Assembly (NCBI RefSeq): GCF_001194135.2
Contig: NC_068981.1
Span: forward strand, 142,801,841 to 142,865,840
Reading direction: 5' to 3'
Source: Octopus bimaculoides
Lineage: Eukaryota
DNA length: 64,000 bases
In this document: positions 39,770 through 51,149 of the stretch, one piece after another
Layout of the letters: each line of letters starts with the position of its first letter
How positions within the stretch are numbered: the stretch's first letter is position 1
The notes under the pieces: generated by a model
Databases searched by the model: none
The model's input: the letters and a program-made list of their open reading frames with translations, nothing else
What the model was told of the DNA's origin: nothing
Translations under genes and position numbers: made by a program

Positions 39770-40815
39770 TAGTTTTAAGGAAAATAACCAAGTTTCAAGA
39801 ACTCATCGATAAAAATCCACTATCACATATAGAAAAATTAATAATTAAAAGCACAATAAATGAGTATAATATAAGGTAAAGTAAATATCAAAAGATAAAT
39901 ATAATAAAAAGATTNNNNNNNNNNNNNNNNNNNNNNNNNNNNNNNNNNNNNNNNNNNNNNNNNNNNNNNNNNNNNNNNNNNNNNNNNNNNNNNNNNNNNN
40001 NNNNNNNNNNNNNNNNNNNNNNNNNNNNNNNNNNNNNNNNNNNNNNNNNNNNNNNNNNNNNNNNNNNNNNNNNNNNNNNNNNNNNNNNNNNNNNNNNNNN
40101 NNNNNNNNNNNNNNNNNNNNNNNNNNNNNNNNNNNNNNNNNNNNNNNNNNNNNNNNNNNNNNNNNNNNNNNNNNNNNNNNNNNNNNNNNNNNNNNNNNNN
40201 NNNNNNNNNNNNNNNNNNNNNNNNNNNNNNNNNNNNNNNNNNNNNNNNNNNNNNNNNNNNNNNNNNNNNNNNNNNNNNNNNNNNNNNNNNNNNNNNNNNN
40301 NNNNNNNNNNNNNNNNNNNNNNNNNNNNNNNNNNNNNNNNNNNNNNNNNNNNNNNNNNNNNNNNNNNNNNNNNNNNNNNNNNNNNNNNNNNNNNNNNNNN
40401 NNNNNNNNNNNNNNNNNNNNNNNNNNNNNNNNNNNNNNNNNNNNNNNNNNNNNNNNNNNNNNNNNNNNNNNNNNNNNNNNNNNNNNNNNNNNNNNNNNNN
40501 NNNNNNNNNNNNNNNNNNNNNNNNNNNNNNNNTATATATATAAACATATGGGTTATATTCATATAAAGGAAGAAAGAAAATAAAGACTGGGAGGTTAACA
40601 ATTGTTTATTATTAACAACAGATCATTCATCATCCCTTACAGTTGTTTCAATTAGTACTCAGTGAATTAATTAAGTATTAATTTCATATGACCTGAGCAT
40701 ACCAATGTATGATTATAAATGTGCTTATGAATCCATAAACTGAGGAAAAGATATCCTTCAAAAGACACCAAATAAATATTGGTAAAATTCAATTATAAAC
40801 ATAATTTAAACATAC

Positions 40816-41286
40816 AGATATTCCATTGACAATCCAATAGTTTATGTTACAATATTACATAATATACTACGAATATAGTATATAACATAACATAATTGTA
40901 TATAAATAATTAGAAAACCATAAAAAGCCAACAGATTGTTTCGACTTATATATTTTTTTCTGTTATACATAATCACAGTCCCATTATATATATATAGTCA
41001 CTTTAAGGTGTTTAGTTCATAAAAAGATGAAATTCCGTGTGAAAGGACGGTTGGATTATAAAAAAAATTAATTTATGAACCAAAGACCCTGAAGTGACTA
41101 AATATATATAATGGAACTATGATTATGTATTTCAGAAAATATATAATAAAGTCGAAACAATTTGTTGGCCTTTTATAGTTTTTTACAAACATTTATATAA
41201 TGTTATCTTATGTTATATATTATATTTATAGTATTTTATGTAATATTGTAATATAAATAAATTGTTGGATTTTCAGTAGAATATCT
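40816..41286. repeat. Long inverted repeat (arms about 210 bp, spacer about 46 bp)
   Basis: 40816-41024 is the diverged reverse complement of 41071-41286 (e.g. gccaacagattgtttcgactt vs aagtcgaaacaatttgttggc; tagtcactttaagg vs cctgaagtgacta). Confidence 0.9.
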
Positions 41287-42072
41287 CTATATTTTATTTA
41301 TCTTTATACAAACACACACACTCACACACACACCCACACACNNNNNNNNNNNNNNNNNNNNNNNNNNNNNNNNNNNNNNNNNNNNNNNNNNNNNNNNNNN
41401 NNNNNNNNNNNNNNNNNNNNNNNNNNNNNNNNNNNNNNNNNNNNNNNNNNNNNNNNNNNNNNNNNNNNNNNNNNNNNNNNNNNNNNNNNNNNNNNNNNNN
41501 NNNNNNNNNNNNNNNNNNNNNNNNNNNNNNNNNNNNNNNNNNNNNNNNNNNNNNNNNNNNNNNNNNNNNNNNNNNNNNNNNNNNNNNNNNNNNNNNNNNN
41601 NNNNNNNNNNNNNNNNNNNNNNNNNNNNNNNNNNNNNNNNNNNNNNNNNNNNNNNNNNNNNNNNNNNNNNNNNNNNNNNNNNNNNNNNNNNNNNNNNNNN
41701 NNNNNNNNNNNNNNNNNNNNNNNNNNNNNNNNNNNNNNNNNNNNNNNNNNNNNNNNNNNNNNNNNNNNNNNNNNNNNNNNNNNNNNNNNNNNNNNNNNNN
41801 NNNNNNNNNNNNNNNNNNNNNNNNNNNNNNNNNNNNNNNNNNNNNNNNNNNNNNNNNNNNNNNNNNNNNNNNNNNNNNNNNNNNNNNNNNNNNNNNNNNN
41901 NNNNNNNNNNNNNNNNNNNNNNNNNNNNNNNNNNNNNNNNNNNNNNNNNNNNNNNNNNNNNNNNNNNNNNNNNNNNNNNNNNNNNNNNNNNNNNNNNNNN
42001 NNNNNNNNNNNNNNNNNNNNNNNNNNNNNNNNNNNNNNNNNNNNNNNNNNNNNNNNNNNNNNNNNNNNNNNN

Positions 42073-42105
<33 letters not shown>

Positions 42106-42129
42106 ATATGTATATATATACATTTATAT

Positions 42130-42220
42130 AGGTGTGGCTGTGTACTAAGAAGTTTGCTTCCCAACCACATAGCTCCGGGTTCGGTCCCACTGCGTGGCAC
42201 CTTGGGAAAGTGTCTTCCAA
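42130..42220 (+). mobile_element. tRNA-derived SINE head
   Basis: gtggctgtgtactaagaagtttgcttcccaaccacatagctccgggttcggtcccactgcgtggcaccttggg contains A- and B-box-like motifs. Confidence 0.8.
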
Positions 42221-42468
42221 TGAATTATACTGCGCATCCCTACATGTGCATGTACAAATATCAAAACAAACCTAACTTCACCACACACTCTTCCGTCTCC
42301 TTTCTCTCATCTGTCACTTTCTATTCTTCTCTACCATACATACAGAACTCCTCACATATCCCAGTGAACCTTTTGATTCATGAAAATTCATAAACGTCTA
42401 TCAGTTATCCATTCGTTCGCTTCCTGCTGTAATGCTATATCGCCTGAAGAAATTAACTATGACCCGCT

Positions 42469-43273
42469 TGACATCCATGAATATTACGGATTTTACAGTA
42501 ATCATAACAGAAATACGCATGCTGTTCTTAAGGACCATTGAAACGCGCGTAAACATGCATTAAAATATTTATAAATTTCTTTCATAGATGTAGGTTTGTT
42601 GCTGACCAGAAGATGTAACCATCTGGAAGGGATGTTCTCGTCATTACTTTCTACTAACGGGTAGCCCCATGTGACTCCGTGCGTGATCGACCCTACACGA
42701 CCGGCGTGTCCCCGACTTTCCGCCGCCGCCCTGCCCGCCCTAAATTGAACGCCCTCACCCTTGCTGTCACCCTCGTCTTACGCTTCCGTCCTCGATAGCT
42801 TCGCTCGCTGGCCTGCCGGCAGCCGCCGCCGTTTCGTTCGTTCGTCCTCTCACCATCGAATGTTCGGTTTCTTCCTCGCCTGCGCCTAGCCATCGTCGCT
42901 GCCGTGCGCCTACACGCATTTGCTCGCGCAGCCTGGACCGCGGCGCATCGCTTCGCGATTCCTGCATGACAACTACGTCGACGTGCTCTTCCTCACCTCT
43001 CCCTTACTACCATCTCCCCGTACGCCGCCGGTTGGCCGCACGCTTCGGTAGCTTGCTGGCCGACGCCGTTGCTGCTCCGCCGACCGCTTCGCTGCCGTGG
43101 ACGACTTCGTAGAACGTGCCTTCCGCGCTCGCTCGCGGGTTTCTGGACATCCATGAATACTATGGATTTTACAGTAATCATAACAGAAATACGGATTCTG
43201 TTCGTTAGGACCATCTGATTTAATGAAACGCGCGTAAACAAGTATTAAAATATCTATAAATTCCTTCCATAGA
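42469..43273. other. GC/CpG-rich non-coding island bounded by ~125-bp direct repeats
   Basis: gacatccatgaata..ggattttacagtaatcataacagaaatacg...gaaacgcgcgtaaaca...catagat occurs at 42469-42589 and 43146-43273. The interior 42660-43145 is strongly GC-rich with no long ORF. Confidence 0.75.
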
Positions 43274-43391
43274 TTATTATTGTTGTTGCTGTTGTTGTTG
43301 TTGTTGCTGTTGTTCTTCTTCTTCTTCTTCTTCTTCTTCTTCTTCTTCTTCTTCTTCTTCTTCTTCTTCTTCTTCTTCTTCTTCTTCTTCG

Positions 43392-43463
<72 letters not shown>

Positions 43464-43472
43464 CATCATCAT
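43274..43472. repeat. Compound (TTG)n(TTC)n(TTA)n microsatellite
   Basis: Directly visible. Confidence 0.95.
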
Positions 43473-43499
43473 TTACAGTTCCCTTTCATTATAACTTTA

Positions 43500-43950
43500 T
43501 TTCAGCTGCCTTAGTACCGGGCATCATCCGGAGGCCAAGATTAGCAAGGGCACATTTGTTTTGTTATGCATGCGAAAATTATCAACATATTTATTCCATT
43601 TTAGAGGGAGAGTGCTTTCCGTCGTATATGGACTGTACCCATCTTTTTTGGTTCACAGAGATTGGAGTTACCAGGAAGTTGCTTAATATACTTCTCAGCC
43701 CCCTTCTTTATGATTCCCTACGCACCAATTACTAATGGTATTATCGTAACACTAAGCTTCTACATTTTTGTGATTTTAAATTGCAGATCATTATAGTGAC
43801 GAAGCTTTTCGTATAACTTTCTTGAGACAATTTGATCTTGTGGGACAGACATATTTATTAATAGACGAGTTCCTCTGTTGTAGTCCTTGATCACAATGTC
43901 TGGTCGATTGGAGTCGATTTTTTCTGTCTGTTTCTATCGGGAAGTTCTTA
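43500..43950 (-). mobile_element. RLE-type LINE 3' end (family B-like)
   Basis: Minus strand, frameshifted: NFPIETDRKIDSNRPDIVIKDYNRGTRLLINMSVPQD...IPLVIGA*GIIKKG, then a 3' UTR and (AAT)n. Confidence 0.8.
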
Positions 43951-43989
43951 TTATTCCTATTATTGTTGTTGTTGTTGCTATTATTTTGT

Positions 43990-44480
43990 TGTCTTTGCAC
44001 AGCTTCTAATGCTGGAGATGTACTATGATGTCAGCTGTTCACTATAAGTGAACTAAGGTAACACCCTTTACTTTTCCAGCCTCATCCGGAGTATTAGAGC
44101 GGTTCCAAGCAGTGTTGTTTTCTGCAAGTTTTCCAAGATTATTGGAGTCCCTATTTAATCCATGTACTTCTCAAGATTTTTACTCACTGTTCCCAGGGCT
44201 CCGACAATTTTTGGTACTACTACCACCTTGTTCATCGATCAAAACTACTTAACCTCCTAAGCTAACCTGTAATATCTATCGACTTTTCTTTTTTCTTTAT
44301 CACATACCTTGTTATCAGCTGGGCATCCTATATCTATAATACGGCATTGTTTATTTCTTTCTCAGATAACACTGTTTGGTTTCCTCTTCTCTATTTCATG
44401 GTCGCACTGAATCATAAAATCCCACAGGATCTTTGTATTATCATTTTCGATGATGCCTTCGGCTTTATATTCGGGTGTTT
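43990..44480 (-). mobile_element. RLE-type LINE family A 3' end
   Basis: YKAEGIIENDNTKILWDFMIQCDHEIEKRKP. The 3' UTR ccttagttcacttatagtgaacagctgac matches 6390-6420. Confidence 0.85.
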
Positions 44481-44499
44481 GCTCTGTTATGTCCATATT

Positions 44500-44562
44500 T
44501 CTTGTTGTTGTTATTATTATTATCATTATCATCATCATCATCATCGTCGTCATCATCATCAT

Positions 44563-44644
<82 letters not shown>

Positions 44645-44757
44645 TAGTATCACTACTACTATTACTACTACTACTACTACTACTACTACCACTACTACTA
44701 CTACTACTACTGCTACTGCTGCTGCTACCGCTGCCACTACTACTACTACTACTGCTG

Positions 44758-44792
<35 letters not shown>

Positions 44793-44793
44793 G

Positions 44794-44841
<48 letters not shown>

Positions 44842-44865
44842 TTACTACAACTACCACTACTATTT
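44500..44865. repeat. Compound trinucleotide array (TTA/TCA/CTA/CTG)
   Basis: Directly visible. Confidence 0.95.
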
Positions 44866-45040
44866 TTTCCCAACATCATATCGGACGATTAGGTACTTCC
44901 CCATAAAACAGCTCCTGCAAGTTGGTATCATAATGAAATAGGAGCTTTTATATGCGAACACAAAAACGTTTCCCGTCACCGAACTTAAAGGAAATGTGTG
45001 TGTGTGTATGTGTGTGTGTACGTGTGTGTGCGTGTGCGTG

Positions 45041-45420
45041 TACGAGGTGGGGAGCTGAAAATTCCTGGCATTGTTAAAATAAAATACTCGAGGATCAGTT
45101 AATTATGATTTTATTTATCATATTCCACTCTCAGCTTCACACTCTTATTGTACCGGTCCTTCATTTGGGAAACTTCATTTGGAAATCCTTTCATTACTCA
45201 CAATCAGTCGTCAATCAACATCTTTTTTTTTCCTTCTAACTGGAATGCGAGGTTTGTACTGATAATGCACGAAGTTGTAATAAGCAACTCAGTGAATATT
45301 TTCTCACTCTTTAAGCCCTCTGCCCTGAGATATTTGTTTATTTATCGAAAGGATTAACCGGTAAGTTGAGTTAGGCTTGATTTGCACTCATATCACTAAA
45401 GAGCCGTCGCAAATATCCAG
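45041..45420 (-). mobile_element. Mariner terminal fragment (TIR and 3' end)
   Basis: Begins with tacgaggtggggagctgaaaattcctgg, a mariner-like TIR. The adjacent sequence resembles a transposase 3' end in reverse. Confidence 0.5.
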
Positions 45421-45703
45421 ATGTATTTTTTTCGACGTTCTAATGACTCAACAACCCCCACACAGTTTTATAGGTATATTATCTAATAATGATTTCAAAT
45501 TAATGTAACTTACGTTTCCTAGAGCTTGCAGACATGTAGAACGGACCTACATAACAATAAGATGCATAGATTAGAGTCAAACTACACTTAGTGATTAGTA
45601 TATATGACACCTACCAAATGTTTTGAGTGTCACTTTCATTTGTTTACATATTCACACATGTTAATGTATGAATGCACACACACACGTGTATATATACATA
45701 CAT

Positions 45704-45749
<46 letters not shown>

Positions 45750-46679
45750 GGTTATATTAAAATTATTATCTTCCTACACTTATCTTTGTCACGGCATGGT
45801 AAAGTTATGAGAGTTAGAATTGTTTAAATCCCATTTAAATCCTTAATATAGATCACTGAATGCGTACTTATATACCTTGCTTTATACCCACAAGTAGCTT
45901 AAATTTCGTAGAATGTTAATGGAAAACATTTTAGAGCAAATTGTAAGAATGTGTTAAAAAGAATTAAGAATGAATAATGAGCATTTTCATTCTATCCATC
46001 ATGCGCTCGCGAAAACACATTTGCTATCAATAGGAAGATGGTAACTGAAGCGAAATGACGAACAAAATGGGAATTGTGAATAATGAGAAAATATACAAAT
46101 CTAATTTTCTCACCACCCGTGTGCCTCTGACAAGAACATTCAAACTCGTATATTCATTATTTCCTGATACGGCAGGGTGACTTATGTGATGTTCATTTCT
46201 AACACACTTACTGTCTGGAGGGCAACTAATTATTTCAACAATCATTTCTGTTTTAGGATATCAAAGAAATAAAATCTAAGAACTACGGATGTCCAATAAA
46301 CAAGTCATTAATTTCTCTTTTCTTTTAAAAAGTTCTTGGTTCTTATTTAGAATCTCCTGCTATTCTTACAATCATTTTGTCATAGCGTTTTATTTTATCT
46401 AGTGTTATTTTATATAAGAACATCACTTTTATTGCTGCACCAGAGAAACTTGACATAATGAAGCATTCAATCTACAACTGCAATTGTGGCTCTTCTACTC
46501 TTCATTATGGATCGTGGTTTCATATATTGTGCCAGTTAGATACAGTACGTATGTCTTCTAGAAATGTTGTTACGTTAAGAAGCAAGAAAGTGTGATTAAG
46601 ATCATTCTAACTTGATAAGATTCCATTGGTGGCTTGTCGGACTAAAAAGTTTTAATTGGTTTCCTTGAATGATTCTATT

Positions 46680-47030
46680 TTCAAAGGTAGTAGTTAAAAT
46701 AACACACCAACCCTCGTCCGTAGATGAAAGTAGCTGATGCAATTACTCTTTTACGCGTCTTCCACACTGTCTTTCAGCATGGCTACTACACAGAAAAAAA
46801 AAAGCTTGCCACTCCTTGTTAAAGGAAGGAGGCGGTACAATCTTGATGATGGATCCAGCTGATAGCTATACTCTTTCTCGCATTGACATCAGCTGTTCGA
46901 CATCGGCTATCAACTCCCTTATTTCCGCTCACTGCAAGAATATGTGCAGGAGAGTTTCACTGTTCCGCTCAAACTTCGGGCATGTCGGCGGGATGGACTA
47001 GCCGTGCCTTGACAGCCTCTCCCACCTGAG
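46680..47030 (-). mobile_element. Tx1/L1-type LINE C-terminal fragment, copy 1
   Basis: RLSRHG*SIPPTCPKFERNSETLLHIFLQ*AEIRELIADVEQLMS...IIKIVPPPSFNKE (zf-RVT-like knuckle). Confidence 0.75.
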
Positions 47031-47039
47031 TTCGATTTT

Positions 47040-47712
47040 CATTATTTGCCCACCAAGGGCCAACATAGAGGGGACAATGGAAGTCGTACAAACAGAGATG
47101 TGTAGCGTGTTTGCTTTAACATGGATGGCGTGGGGTTAACACAAGATTAAAATCTAAGTAGATTGAAAAAGATCGAATGGGAGAAAATGAAATTGAATAA
47201 ATGAGAGGTTAAAAATTTATAATTTTCTGTAAACTGTTGCGTTGATCCACTGGCTTTGCGCGACATTCTATCCTCTTTTCTCGATGAAGCCTGGCTTCAT
47301 TCGCTCGTAGTATGGTCAGTAAAGGCGTCCATCTTTTCGCAAACACGCTTTGCGATAGGTGTCTCCTGTCAAGACGAATTTTCCTGTTAAGGTTGTAGTT
47401 AAGATAACTCACCAACCCCCGTACGGGGATGAAGGTAACGGAGGCAATTCTTCCTTTTCCTCTTTCAGTATGGCTACTACACAGAAAAAACACATTTACC
47501 TCTCCTTGTTAAAGGAAGGAAGCGGTACAAACTTGATAATGGTTTTAGCCGATAGCTGTACTCTTTATCAGCTGATATCAGCTGCTGGACATCGGCTATC
47601 CGCTCCCTTAATTCCACACACTGCACGAACATGTGCAGGACAGTTTCAATGTCCCGCTCGCACTGACCCGCCCGCACTATCCCGCCCGCGTTGACAGCCT
47701 CTCCAACCTGAC
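47040..47712 (-). mobile_element. Tx1/L1-type LINE C-terminal fragment and 3' UTR, copy 2
   Basis: CERDIETVLHMFVQCVELRERIADVQQLI and LNRKIRLDRRHLSQSVFAKRW; homologous to copy 1 over about 350 bp. Confidence 0.8.
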
Positions 47713-48039
47713 GGCTCATCGTATTTATAAGATTTGTTCAGTCCACTGACAGACACGTGCGGGTGTGTCAGTTCACTCCACAACAATTAGGCTGAGGTGT
47801 CACTTGACATCAAGAAAGAAGAAACTGCCGTCATGTACGTGCAATAGTGAATGTAGTATCGAGATAGAAAAATAAACAAACCATCCAGCGGTATACGACT
47901 TTCTTTGCTTTTCTGTGCCTCTCTCTCTCCCTCTCACTCACTCCATCTCCCCCCTCTCTCTCTCTCTCTTTTTCTTTTAAATTATTTATATATTATATGC
48001 TGCATTAATATAAATTAACACTCTTCCCCAACAAATTAT

Positions 48040-48267
48040 CACCATGCATATATGATTTTGCGAATGGTATCAATGATAATGATTGAGACTGTGACAATGA
48101 TAACGAGTAATGTCATTGCGGTAGCCATCGGCTTCAGGATTAAAACAAGCATCACTATCATCCGATTTATTATGGTGGATATCACAACCGATATTATATT
48201 AATAATATTATTACTGATGCCGATATAACTGACATTATTTCTCATAATCAATCTCACAAACGACATT

Positions 48268-48317
<50 letters not shown>

Positions 48318-48600
48318 CCTCATCGTCGTCGTCGTCGTCATCAACACCACCACCATCACCACCACCGCAATCATCATCATCATCATCATCAGCATCAGCA
48401 TCAGCATGATTATCAACGTCATCATCATCATCATCATCATTATCAACATCAAAACCGCCACCATCATCATCACCATCATCAGAAGCAGCAGCATTAATCA
48501 TCAGCATTACCACGACCACAACTACCGCCTTCATCATCCTCTTCATCATCATCACAACCACCACAACCACCACCATCACCATCATCATCATCATCAATCA
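48040..48600. repeat. Degenerate (ATC)n / (ACC)n trinucleotide region
   Basis: Directly visible; the source of the poly-M/D/H pseudo-ORFs. Confidence 0.9.
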
Positions 48601-48619
48601 TCAAGAACGTAATCATAGT

Positions 48620-49760
48620 TTTTTTTTTTCAGAGTGAAATAAAAGCTATTTTGTTTCGTAGAACGAATGAACTTTAATCAATTAATTTATTTTTTCAATT
48701 TGTTCAAGGAACTATTGCCATCTTTCTGGCAACTTCATGATTCCGCGCTCATAGAATTCTGATCCTTATCAGCCAAAATCTGAAGGGGGTTCAGTTTGAG
48801 GTCATCATTATTGAAAGTTTTACCATTCAAAGAATTTTGCAAACTTCGAAATAAATAGTAATCTGATGGTGCAAGATCAGGGCTATATGATGTATGTGAC
48901 ATCATTTCTCAACCAAGATTCAATATTTTTCCCGAGTTAGCAAAGACATGTGTGGTCGGGCGCTGTCATGGTGGAACTCGATTCCTTTAGCATTTACCAA
49001 ATTTGGCCGGTTTTTTTATTATTGCTTCCTCCAGATTCATTAGTTGTTGAAAGTGAACATCTCAATTAATCGTTTGGTTCCTTGGAAACAGCTCAAAATA
49101 CACAACACCTATATAATCCAACCAAATTGAGAGTATGACATTTATTTGATGCAAGTCTGCTTCGATATGTTTTTTGCTGGTTCATTACGTTTGGACCATT
49201 GATGTTATTGTAGACAATCCATTTGTCATCCCCAGTGGTGATTCGTTTAAAGAAAAGATTCGATTTCATCGCGTTTGAGACGCATATCGCAAATATTGAT
49301 TAATTATGTTAAATTAATCTTTTTCAATTTATATGGAACCCAAATATCGAGCTTCTTAACGAACCCAAAACATTTTGAGTGATTTTCAGTTGTTATGTGT
49401 GATACATTCAACCTCTGCAATCACACATACAGTTATATGATAATCAGGTTCAATTATAGCTTTCATTTGGTCATCATCAACTTCAGTAAGTCGACCAAAA
49501 CGGTGGTCATCTTTGAATGAAAACTCTCCACAACGGAATTCTTAGAACCATTTCTGACATGCGTGTTCTGTTAAGCAATCAACACGACAAACTTCATATA
49601 TTTCTTTGTGAGCCTCAGCAGCATTTTGCTTTGGCGGAAATTAAAAAAATAACAAAATACGTTCGTTCATATCAAAATTGACACTGAACTAACAGCTATC
49701 GACAAAATTATGCGCAATTTGCTTCTAAAGTAAGCTAAAAGTAACGGCTATCAAAGGTCA
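48620..49760 (-). mobile_element. Near full-length degenerate mariner transposon
   Basis: Minus strand pieces: CQKWF*EFRCGEFSFKDDHRFGR..EVDDDQMKAII; WIVTGDDKWIVYNN; SYSPDLAPSDYYLFRSLQNSLNGKTF; GIMKLPERWQ. Confidence 0.9.
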
Positions 49761-49859
49761 AAAGGAAAAAAATCAAAACATTGAAAAAAGTCATTGAAAA
49801 AAATCGTAAACTCTATTTCGGAAAAACGAAACTATTTTCTTGCCAGCCCAATACATTCA

Positions 49860-50200
49860 AACAGCAGAACTGCGTTCAGTTGTGATAGTTGTAAAAGACT
49901 TCCTGAGAAACAAGAAAGCAGTCGACAATTCCAAAATGGTGGTCAATACTCTGGAGAACTTTGAAAAGTTGGAAGCAAATATGAGCATGAAACAACACTA
50001 TTTTTATAGTCACCTTGAGAACTTCCATGAAATCTTGCTAAGAACGTTTCCGTCAGGACATAAAATCAATGGCAACAATGGTATGAAGCCAGGTGGGACG
50101 TGCATGTGATGGTGGATTATTGATGGAACTTGGTTCTTAAGATTCATAAGGTTCAGCACTCAAGAAAATTCTTCGAAGGAAATGTCATAGGAAACTAGAC
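49860..50200 (+). mobile_element. DNA transposase C-terminal remnant, probably Chapaev-type (CMC)
   Basis: LEANMSMKQHYFYSHLENF, ERFRQDIKSM and RWDVHVMVDY*W resemble NMSLKxHFLHSHLDFF..ERFHQDI..GRW..MxDYCW. The superfamily label is from memory. Confidence 0.55.
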
Positions 50201-50439
50201 ATACACGAAGACATAATTTGTCTCTTGAATTTTTAAGATTTTTACTAGTTTTCATAGAATTTAATAAAACATTTTGGTTTCGAAGGAAGGATAATTTCTA
50301 TATATGTTTTGTATGTTATGTCGTGTTCTTCACAAGCTGTTTTATTGAAAAAAAAATGAGATTCTATGAATGGACTATCTTAAAATCTCGACTTGGTAAT
50401 AAATGGATGTCATTTTTGAAGTCTTTCTTTTTTCTTTAC

Positions 50440-50650
50440 TGCCCACAAGGACTTAAACATAGAGGGGAAAAACAAGGAATAAAGTCGATTACATCCACCC
50501 CTGTGCGTAACTGGTACTTAATTTATCGACCCCGAAAGGATAAAAACAAAGTCGTCCTCGGCGGAATTTGAACTGAGAACGTAGCGGTAGACGAAATATC
50601 GCTAAGCATCTCGTTCAGCGTGCTAACGTTTCTGCCAGCTCACCGCCTTT
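50440..50650 (-). mobile_element. tRNA-derived SINE
   Basis: aagtcgattacatc..gtgcgtaactggtacttaatttatcgaccccgaaagg...ggcggaatttgaactgagaacgtagcg, the same family as 25170-25530. Confidence 0.85.
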
Positions 50651-51149
50651 TTTTTTTTTTGAATTCTTTGTGTTAAGAAAAAGATTTCAGGTAGAATGAT
50701 TTTCACAGCAGAGGAAAAACTGTCACACTCAGTTATCGACATTTTAAAACGCCCATGTGAATGAATGGCTGAAGTATTTATCACAGAGCATGCGCACACA
50801 ACATCTTTTGCGCCTCTGTCTATTTGCAGAATCGTTTTTGGGCATGTGAAAAGCGCTTATGCATGTGCTTAAGCCCGTGTGTGTGTGAGTGTTTGTAATT
50901 CATTGGAAAATATAAAATCGTTATTACCGGTACGTGTCCGAAAATAAGCTATTGACCAGATCGTCTTGGAAGCCAAACATACTGGAAAGTACTAATTACC
51001 TGCCAAAGCTGACATGTGAAAGACTACTTCACCCTACTGTAAGAATTTCGGGTGAATAATAATGTTACACTTACAAAGTTTAAAATACTGTTTCCATTTA
51101 ACCCAAGTCTGCAATGAAATGAGCTGCAAGAATCCCTTCCTCACAAACG

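Noticed and set aside
41085-41170. Hammerhead-like CTGAAGT-GACT...AGTC-GAAA in the long inverted repeat
   Set aside because: Both arms have T at the conserved A9 position, stem II has a ~50-nt loop, and stem I is unconvincing.
3424-42220. Long ORFs containing runs of X (e.g. 3424-4614, 15818-16894, 39888-40601, 41294-42220)
   Set aside because: They are artefacts of translating N-gaps flanked by (TA)n; there is no coding evidence.
42444-42552. CTGAAGA...GAAACGCGCGTA as a hammerhead in the direct repeat
   Set aside because: No credible stem I or stem II, and the second repeat copy lacks the CUGANGA box.
43254-48612. Poly-I/R/L/F/V/T/S/M/D/H ORFs
   Set aside because: They are translations of trinucleotide microsatellites, open in several frames on both strands.
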